From Bigelowiella natans CCMP2755 (lineage: Eukaryota; Protista; Cercozoa), in the NCBI GenBank assembly GCA_000320545.1, contig ADNK01001072.1:33638-97637 (forward strand): DNA of 64,000 nt. The letters are read 5' to 3'. The position numbers and the translations under genes are program-made. The notes under the pieces were generated by a model that made no database searches, was not told the origin of the DNA, and saw only the letters and a list, made by a program, of their open reading frames with translations. Below, one piece after another: positions 55,446 to 64,000 of the stretch. The number at the start of each line of letters is the position of its first letter. The stretch's first letter is position 1.

Positions 55446-56848
55446 ATGGAGGGGGTGCTATCGTTTGATGGAAACTATTCTGTCGATGGTTTGAGGTTGC
55501 TCGAGGTCACCGAAGACATCCTACAGAAACTTGTAGAACCTACAGGAAAAGGTCGTGTTTTTAGCTCGAGGAACACAGATTTTTTTTGAAAGTGAGGTTT
55601 CTCATTCCGTTCCTCCTCAAAAGTAGCCTTTATCGTGCTGCACACCTCTCTACATATCAGAAATTTGCCCATTCTATGAGAAAAAGAGAGTTATTAATAT
55701 GAGCTGATTACACGCATGTAGAGAAATCATCGCACGAACACTTTTAAACGTTCACTTCTGACACTGTACCTCTGATTGATGATAATCTAATAGTCGAGAT
55801 TCGCGGGTCTTTCACCGACGAAGCTGTTCTTGTAACCAACAACAAGACATATAGAATTGGATCTGTCGAGTCATCCAACACGCAGCTGCTGATTCGGACG
55901 CTATCAAAGAAAGAAGGTGAGGAAGATGCCAAAGCTTCATGCCCTAAAAAGCGTAGAATCATGAAAGATTCAACGAACATAACCAACATTGCCAGCAATT
56001 CTAAGAGACAGGAAAGGCAACAGATTGCCATTGAGGGCTCCGTCACAAGTCATCTTGCACTCTATGAAATCAACCCCTCGCTTTACAAACTCCAAGATAT
56101 GCTGCTCAAGTATGTGCTCACTGACGATGAATCGGATGCTATGATGTCGGGCCAACCACTCGACACGAAGGGATTGCCTACCTTTGATGACATGGCGGTT
56201 CACATACAAGCAAGCGATCTACAGGTTCGGCAGTTGCTAAAAACGCTTAACGCAGTGAGAATAAACGGATTCTGGAGGTTGGTGGAAGAGCGATTTGACG
56301 ACGAGCTAATCGAATTCACACTAGCAACGATTGAGATGAATGGGTGGCCCATTGAAGGCATTCCCGTCCAGAAGTGTGTGGAAGAAATGAAAGCAGATTT
56401 CCCTGAAGCGTTGGTACGTCATGCTCTAAATAGACTCTCGAGGCAGCCACCAAAGAATGGGTCGCAGCCTCTCGACCCCGAGCGGATATGCGTGTTCAAA
56501 CTGGAGTTGCTGTTCCACAAGCAAAAAACAATACCCGAACGCGCATTAATGGACGTTTGGGAAAAGGCTCTACCGTACGGATTAAAACCGGAGAAGAAGA
56601 TGCTGTCCGGCTATGCAGCTCTTCGTAAGGTGAACGGAAGCATGGAGTGGATCCATATGAACCACTGGCATCTACCGCAGACCCCGTCAGATAGACTGCG
56701 CATCCTATTCGACATCCAACCACGCTGGAAACTTGAAGAACTTGAACCATACATGAAGTATTTGAAGCTCCCAGGGGACACGCTTGAGGCTCTGGTGCTT
56801 CGGTACGCTAGAGAGGTGAATGGCTACATTTGTCCGATCGCTCAGTGA
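55446..56848 (+). CDS. DCC1: Sister chromatid cohesion protein DCC1 (Ctf18-RFC subunit); exons 55446-55551 and 55794-56848
   Basis: LRLLEV...EIRGSFTDEAVLVTNNKTYRIGSVESSNTQLL, IQASD and LPQTPSDRLRILFDIQPRWKLEELEPY...LRYAR motifs. The phase-1 GT-AG intron joins in frame. Confidence 0.93.
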
Positions 56849-57544
56849 GTGTTGATATGTGTTTATGATGACCATGCGATTTATGTTGACAAATCCCTCT
56901 AATATAAGCATGTAAATGAACAAATTGCTTTATTTGGCATTGTGTGACTTATTCATCGCTGTATTCTAGTGTTGCTAGTAGCAAACATGTGCTAGTATTA
57001 GAGAGTAACAACAAACACACAAAATGAATCCTCGTGATGATATATAGCTCGAACATGCATGCATGCAGCTACATGCATGATGTGCCATGACTTCATCACC
57101 GCGCACTCATGTACACATGCAGTCTTTGCACATGTAGCTAGATAGCCACGACTAGCGACGTATGTACAACTATTACAAATGGCGAATCGTCTGATTGATC
57201 AAACAGCTGCTTGCGCGGCATCTACCTACGGCTATTATTATTGCTATGGATAGTGCTTATTAGGCTATACTACGCTTCAAATTTAAAACTCAATGTCATC
57301 GTGGCACACACACACACACACACACACACACAGCACACAGCACATATGTATAAAAATGCGTAAGTATACATACACACACTGAGCTTTGTGTTGTTCAGGT
57401 GATGTATATTATACATTGACTATGTTAAATTAACTTACATATGTGAAAAGATGAAATGATTATGACGTAGTCAGATTTGGCCCATAAACATTTTTTTTGA
57501 GAAATCGGCCCTGAGGTAGCAATTCTTGTAGAAATAAATCTCAA

Positions 57545-58947
57545 CTAAATAATTTTGCTTGCTTCTTCCCCCATCATTGAAATCAACTTCATTTTTTTAT
57601 TATGGTTAGTCTTGCCAAGGGCTGTCGGGGCAGTTTTTGCTGTAGGAATTATAGGCTTAAGCTCGTTTTTGAGATTATTTCCCGCGCTGTATGCACTACT
57701 ACGGGGACTTCGAATGCTTTCTGCCTGCAATCTACGAGGACTTTTTGTATCTGCTAACGTTCGGGATCCTGAACCTGGGGTATCACTACCCTTCAATTCT
57801 ATTTCCTGGCCAAACAATTTAGAAGCTTTTCTGGAAGGAGGAGTGGGGTGGTTCTGTGAGACCTCTTCCACTTTCGAGCTGTAATTCAAGGGAGAAAGTT
57901 CAGGAAACGACTTCAACACCTTCCTGGATTTTGCCAACTCCCGCTTGGATTCGCCGATCGAGGAGACACTGCTGATCTTGGTTCCAATGATGACTGCCGA
58001 GAAGAGCAATGCTAGCACCGTCACTGGCTGGACACCTTGAGAGCTATACATCAGGCAATAAGCTTGGATTGCTGAGATAGGAAGAGCAAGAAGCATCAAC
58101 CCCGCCAAGTTGATCCAAAGTATCGAGTACTTCTTCAGGTTCTTATAATAATCTAAGACCGCGCCAACGCCATCGGGAGAGTTAATTAGGGCCATGCTTC
58201 GCCGCTTTGCCAATTTAGCTCTCTTACCATTCGTTTCATAAAATTTCCGACAAACTACATGGGCAAAATGCCGGCGGTTTTGTATCTTTTTCAAAGAGGT
58301 TATGAGGAGCCGCGTTGAGTTGTAGGCAATTGCAAGAGAGGCAGTCCAGCTCGCAAACAGGAAAAACCATGCTATAGGTTTTACATCCACCAGAGCGTTA
58401 TCCACAAGGACCAAGTTCACAAAACTTAGCGTGTACGATATGAGACTGGAATACATGAGGAACGTATTGCATAGGATGCAGACGGGCTCACTAAAGATTG
58501 ATCTCAGCAGATTTGCCATATCAATTTTCTTTGTCATCGATGCGTAAAAAAGAGAACCCATGATGAGTATGAGTAGTCCTCCTATAATCCCAGCAAGTAT
58601 GAAAGCTCCTAAGCTTGTTTGATGTTTTTTGCCTTGTACATTTCTCCTTACGCCCATAGCAACATCGTACTTGACTTTGCACATTCCCCCATCGCATGCA
58701 GTTGTATAGTTTGCAACCGATGTGTCAGGAGTGAAGAAGCGAAAGTGAGCTATAATTGTGTATTTCTCATCATTCAGTCTCACCTTTGATTCGACAGTGG
58801 TATATCTAATTTATAATCACACAAACACACACACACACACACACACACAAAAACACAAACACACAACATCAATCTTTAAATTTGTAATGTTCTATTTCTC
58901 TCGAGTACTGTTCGAGAGAGCATTGATTGTGGAATATATTAATTATG

Positions 58948-58984
<37 letters not shown>

Positions 58985-59564
58985 CATATTTTCTTTCACA
59001 TTACGAATTTATTGTTTTCCTTTCTGCAAACAACACGACACTACCCATTTGATTGCAGGTTCGTCTGCTGAGCTGCTGTATGGGTCGCCAGTCCAGGACT
59101 ATTTGCCACGAACGGTGTACATGCTCCGCGTGAATTGATACAGGAGTGAATGTTCACATGGGCAATATCATAGCTGCCAGATGGTGTTGTGGAAGGGATA
59201 ATGTTGTAAATGCTCTGATTCACATATAATCTATACTGGAGTTGGTAACTTTCGCCCGCGTAAAGGTTCTCAGGGACTGGTGTAACCCATTTTGTCTCAA
59301 TGGATGATGGACATGTACCCAGGGTCGTTGTACCAGACACCGTCTTCCAACACACAGCGCAATTCTCTCCGGAATCCCCAGTGAGGTAGCATTGGCCTAA
59401 GAAGGTGAAAGAAACAGGCAGCTTTTACGGTATAATCTTCATCGTATCTGTCCACGATACTTTTCTCAATTATCTCCCCCTTCCCTTCTCCCTCCCTTGG
59501 ATTCGTAACCTGAAGCAAAGTGTATTCGTAGGAGGAAGACAACCAGATGCAGCCACAAGTTCAT
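57545..59564 (-). CDS. Signal peptide + extracellular beta-rich domain + ~5 TM segments (receptor-like membrane protein)
   Basis: MNLWLHLVVFLLRIHFAS, then IAHVNIHSCINSRGACTPFVANSPGLATHT and YTIIAHFRFF...KYDVAMG. Five hydrophobic segments and an S/P/K-rich tail in ORF 57545-58783. Confidence 0.75.
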
Positions 59565-59789
59565 TTGTGCACCTCCACAGTCCACAGTGCAATACACATG
59601 CGTCTTCATGTTTCTCAAGTCGCAGGTAACAATTGCTACCCTATTTTTTTTGTCATTCCACGGAACAACGTAACGGAAAACGCCGAGCGCGCTCAGAGGG
59701 GACACAAATGCAAAAATATCTTTGTCGCTAATTGCTATTCGCATGTAATTCACCGAGAAATGATCGGAAGTGCGCAAAATATGCATGTA

Positions 59790-61080
59790 CCCCAACATGG
59801 AACTGTCAAATCTCGAGAATTCGCCGAAATTTTGTTTTTCGCTCCAATTCTCGTCGGATTCGCCTGGCAATTCGTGCACGAAGTCTCCCGGACATCGACT
59901 TTCGAACCCGACTTGCCGCATTCGAATCTGATGCGCGGAAGCTGAGATCCAGACATCGCCCCCCCCCCTTGCCCCTGTTTGGATTTTGCGTGTTCACTTT
60001 TGGTTTTTCCGACGTTTCAACACCTCCAGCACGTGGAGGAGGTCGCTTCGCTTCGTTTGAGCCCTTGCTCAACTTCGTCCAAAACTTGAGTTTGCATCTG
60101 CATTTTCAACGTGATGGAAAGTCACATGTCGAAAATTGCAGATGCAAACTCGAAGCGCAGCGATCTCCTCTGCGTGCTGGATGAATTGTTGACATGTCGA
60201 GAAAACAAAAATCAAAACGTGAACATTGAATTGTGGAAGGGTTGGCATTGGGGGGGGCATCCCCCCTCCCAATGTCACTTCTTTTCATTTGGTGTGGATG
60301 GCTCGGCACACCCGACGATCCTTTCACAGAATCCCTCTTGGGATCACTTCGTTCATTCACTCTTTCTTTGTTTCTTTCTTGAGAGCGCGATCGACAACCA
60401 GAATGCTCTGCGATGCGGATTTGCCTTCTACCATGTGCTGCCACAGCCTGCGCAACACGACCATCTTTCTTTCTTTCGGGTGTTCTTCACACGCAAACGT
60501 GCAGAGTGTCGCTCACTCGATGTAATAGACACAGTAATATGACATATATAATATATATCGTATTACAATCGATCATTGCTCGCACATGCATGCATTGTGC
60601 ACCACATGCATTGCACGTCGCACGAAGCTAGCAGGAAGCTGTGCTGAGACAGCACACGCAGTTTCTGCAGGTTGTTGATGCAGCTGTCAGCACTCTACTG
60701 TCTTGCTGTGCCATGACGTGCTGCCACGACATCTAGAGATGTGTGCATGCTGCTCATCTACTAGCGCTGTGCATGCAAGACGGATGCTGTTGATCAATTG
60801 AATTTGTTCAATGCATGTGTGTGTGCACCACCTTCTCATTTGCATCTGCTGAGCTTTAGAGCCCATGCTAGCATGGGTGCAACAAATGAGTTGTCTAGTT
60901 GTGAGCCATGATTGGCGCAGCTATGTACCACATTCGAATTCCACAACATGAACATAGGCAATGTTCAGACGCACACTACAGTGCTTGTGTCTTGTGCTCG
61001 AAATTGGTTGGTGCCATGCACACAGCATCCCACGCTCTGACAAATACCATCATGTATGATTCTTGAGAAACATTCAACAA
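59790..61080. other. TpA-depleted intergenic tract 4, with a short TA-rich island at ~60523-60565
   Basis: One TA (ctac, 60429) in 59790-60522. In 60570-61080 the surviving TAs are mostly CTAG/CTA/TAG. Confidence 0.9.
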
Positions 61081-61083
61081 ACT

Positions 61084-63402
61084 TCATCCAACCCTACGAC
61101 GGCGGAGGACCAACGCCCAAATTGCTGCAGCGGCCAGACCGAAAGTACCAGCGGCCACCGCCACTGTTTTTACCACGCCACAAACCACTGAGGTTGGAGA
61201 ATCACAACAACCTTCTTTTCGACTAACAATTCTGTTTGTTCCATGCAGTGCCTCGGCCTTTGAATGTGGGTAGTAGCCGGTGACCTGAACGTAACCCAAA
61301 ATTGCGACAATTTTTTTAATTAAATACTTCCGCACACGTTTAGATATACACACGAATAGAGACTGTACACGCACGGAAGTCATGCACACGTGCTGTCTTT
61401 TTGTTGGTTTAAAATTAGCAGGGAAAGAACAGCTCGATTCGTGTTCATTCGTCCCTGCTGCTTGCATTACATCCTCACCGACCTTGCTCAAGTTGTCGAG
61501 TGCATTCACAGCCTAGACACATCATACACGAAGACAGTAATCAGGTCATTTGCGTGCTAGTGTTTGCGATGGAGCAGGCTAGTATGTGCGTGTTTTATAG
61601 AAGTAAGCATGGTGGGAGATTTATCATTTGCGAGGAGGAGGAAGTGCACCTTATCATCTATGTAGAAGTCAGCGTAAGGTTTACCCAGCCATATCTCATG
61701 GTATGCTATACCATTTGCCTACAATATCAACTATTCAATTGCCTTGTCGTCATCATCGTCATCATCATCATCATCATCATCCCATCATATATTTTTTTGC
61801 TCTGTAACAGACTCGCGTGTATCATCAAAATAGTACCCTCAACTGACGCAATGATGTCTCCGCGTGCAGACCTGTTTGGTTGTTGTTTCAGGTAACACCA
61901 TATGACAGAATATAGCAACCAGAGAAGAGAAGGAATGTAAGTTTATAAGAGCAACACAAGGCAAACGAAAAGACAGGATCGGTCAGATAATATTAGGGGA
62001 AGAAGCTTGTTGTTGCGAGACAACTACCACTTAGATTAGTGCCGTCGTATTCCAGATACGCGATAACAACATTGTGCTAGGCGCGCGCGCGTGTGTGCGT
62101 GAAGGGGGGGAGGGGGGGGAGGGGGATATGTATGTGACTGACGATTGGCGAGGTAGGAGTTCCCTTTTGCTTCCTTCACCTTAATGATGATGATGATAAC
62201 AACACATGCATGCATCCTTAATTATTCTTACAATTATGAGAACACACATAACTTCTTCGGAAAAGAACAAGGAAAATGCTGGTTGATGCTGCAGCTATAC
62301 GCAGGCTAAAAACGGAGGAGCATATCGAAGATAGTGGAGATGGGTAAACATGGTTACTCACCCCCCTATCAGACATGATGATGATGTAGTGTCCTTCCGC
62401 ATACCTGAAGTGTATGTAGCCGTGTTAACAACTAGCACTAACAACAACAGTCATCCAGTAGCAGCAGTAGCAGCAGCAGCGATAGTATGCTGTACGCAGT
62501 GGCTAACATAATCATTTATCATCATCGTCGTCGTAGGCATCGAACGCCTCCTCCTCCTCCCCTTCCACCATTTTACTGCTCGCTTCTACCTCGATTTGAT
62601 AAATTCCACGACTCGAGAAACAGGTTCGCACTGATCGTAGCAGCATCCCTTGCTCGTCGTCGTCGTCGTCATCACGCCCTCTTCTTCTTCGTCCTAATAG
62701 TTGACACAACAGCAGCAGCAGCAGCAACAACAACAACAATAATTCGTACAGACAGGGAAGAAGATAAACGTCATCAACGATAAGATTCTCCCGCTGGCGA
62801 TTTCATTTCTGGGCAATAAAACGAACATAGTAGCTACAATGCGGCGTTGATTGGCGCTCAATCCACCCACCACTTTGATATAACACCCCAATTCTCAGTA
62901 TCCCCAAGGAAAAGAATCACAGCATCCTTGCTTAGCAGCCAGGTCAATTTTGAACATTATTTAAGGCTTGAAAGGACGGGTTATGGAAGAGTATGCGAAT
63001 ACCCCGCAGCAACTACCTCGATCCCTGCTCGGCGCTGTCGTTGTGGAGACGTGAACATTGAGTCCAAGTCCACGCAAAACCTCCTGGGTGTGATTTCGCC
63101 TACAATGTCGTATTGTGATTGGATGCATGGGGATAATGCGAAGATGGTGTGATGATTCAGATGCCTATAAGCTGGCATGTTCTTAGTAGTACTTTTCTCG
63201 ATGCGGTTATCGCAAAAGTCGCGCACTTGTTGCGGTGTTCCTTTTTATCATATTTGAGAGGGGGGAGGGGGGCGACAGCAAGCAAATGTGTTATTCTTCT
63301 GGTGAATGAGAGACGGTCATTGCTTTCTTCCATCTTCCAGTACCACATCAAAAGGCTATCAGCATCATTATATAGTCACACATCATCATCATCATCATCA
63401 TC

Positions 63403-63452
<50 letters not shown>

Positions 63453-64000
63453 CATATCATGATCATCCCTAATACGCTGCATGCAACAAATACCCAAACT
63501 TGATTGATTGACATGTGTAATAATATGTACGATAACAACCTAAAACAGCGAAATCTGTCTTCTCCACCAAGATAGCCTTGAATGGTACCTTTCCTTGCAG
63601 CATCGATTTTATGACTCCAGACGTGTAAAACTCACCTGAAAACAACCCATTGAAGTAAGTTGTTCAGGAGGTGAAAAGTAGTACTCATTCCCCTCATTCC
63701 CCCCCCCCCCCCCCCCCTTAAGGGCTAAGACAATTGTTAGGCATGCTTAGCTACTTCACTACCAATGCATCTAACCTTACTGTTATGGCCAATCACCTCG
63801 GTTTCCCTAGAACTTTTGCTGTTATGCCCCCACCATATCTACTTGTGATCGTGCACCCACGGACAGAGAACGCCTTCAAGATGACGACCTTAGTTTGCCT
63901 CTCCTCAGAAATCCATTTCGCGGAATTCACATATTGAGCGAAATAAACACGATGGGATGTCGATACTGCTGCAGCGTCTGGGTACTAAGATGAGTATGAA
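61084..64000 (-). CDS. 3' part of a multi-exon hypothetical protein with a C-terminal tail anchor (5' end beyond the window)
   Basis: Last exon ...VAVAAGTFGLAAAAIWALVLRRRRVG-TGA. Coding-like exons QYDIVGEITPRRFCVDLD (~63080), RGDIIASVEGTILMIH (~61840) and QRRIVATMFVLLP (~62830), separated by SSR introns. Confidence 0.55.

Noticed and set aside
59732-60631. Cluster of 100-150 aa ORFs
   Set aside because: Same stop-codon-loss artefact in a TA-depleted tract.

Overview
Eukaryotic (protist-type) nuclear DNA with no prokaryotic features. About 14 protein-coding genes, most split by short, microsatellite-filled GT-AG introns: a CYTH/RNA-triphosphatase-like gene (3' part), a JMJD8-like ankyrin+JmjC protein, a DUF268 protein ending in HDEL, two near-identical inverted SDR genes, a CAP-Gly+RCC1 protein, a Deg/HtrA protease, GPATCH11-like, a DOT1-like methyltransferase, a RING-H2 ligase, a GT23/FUT8-like fucosyltransferase, DCC1, a multi-pass membrane protein and two hypothetical genes. 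There is also a truncated Ty1/copia element and small repeat/foldback elements. The main signal is mutational. The transposon, the repeats and the spacers downstream of gene 3' ends have lost almost all TpA dinucleotides: none in 2989-4874 or 8236-9306, and one in 59790-60522. Repeat-copy comparisons and the Tyr-free copia ORF indicate TA->TG/CA conversion. Surviving TAs are mostly in TAG/CTA context, CpG is retained, and genes, introns with (TA)n arrays and promoters are untouched. This looks like a targeted TpA hypermutation system, opposite in direction to fungal RIP. No enzyme for it can be identified in the window. Exon boundaries were read by eye, and several start codons are uncertain.
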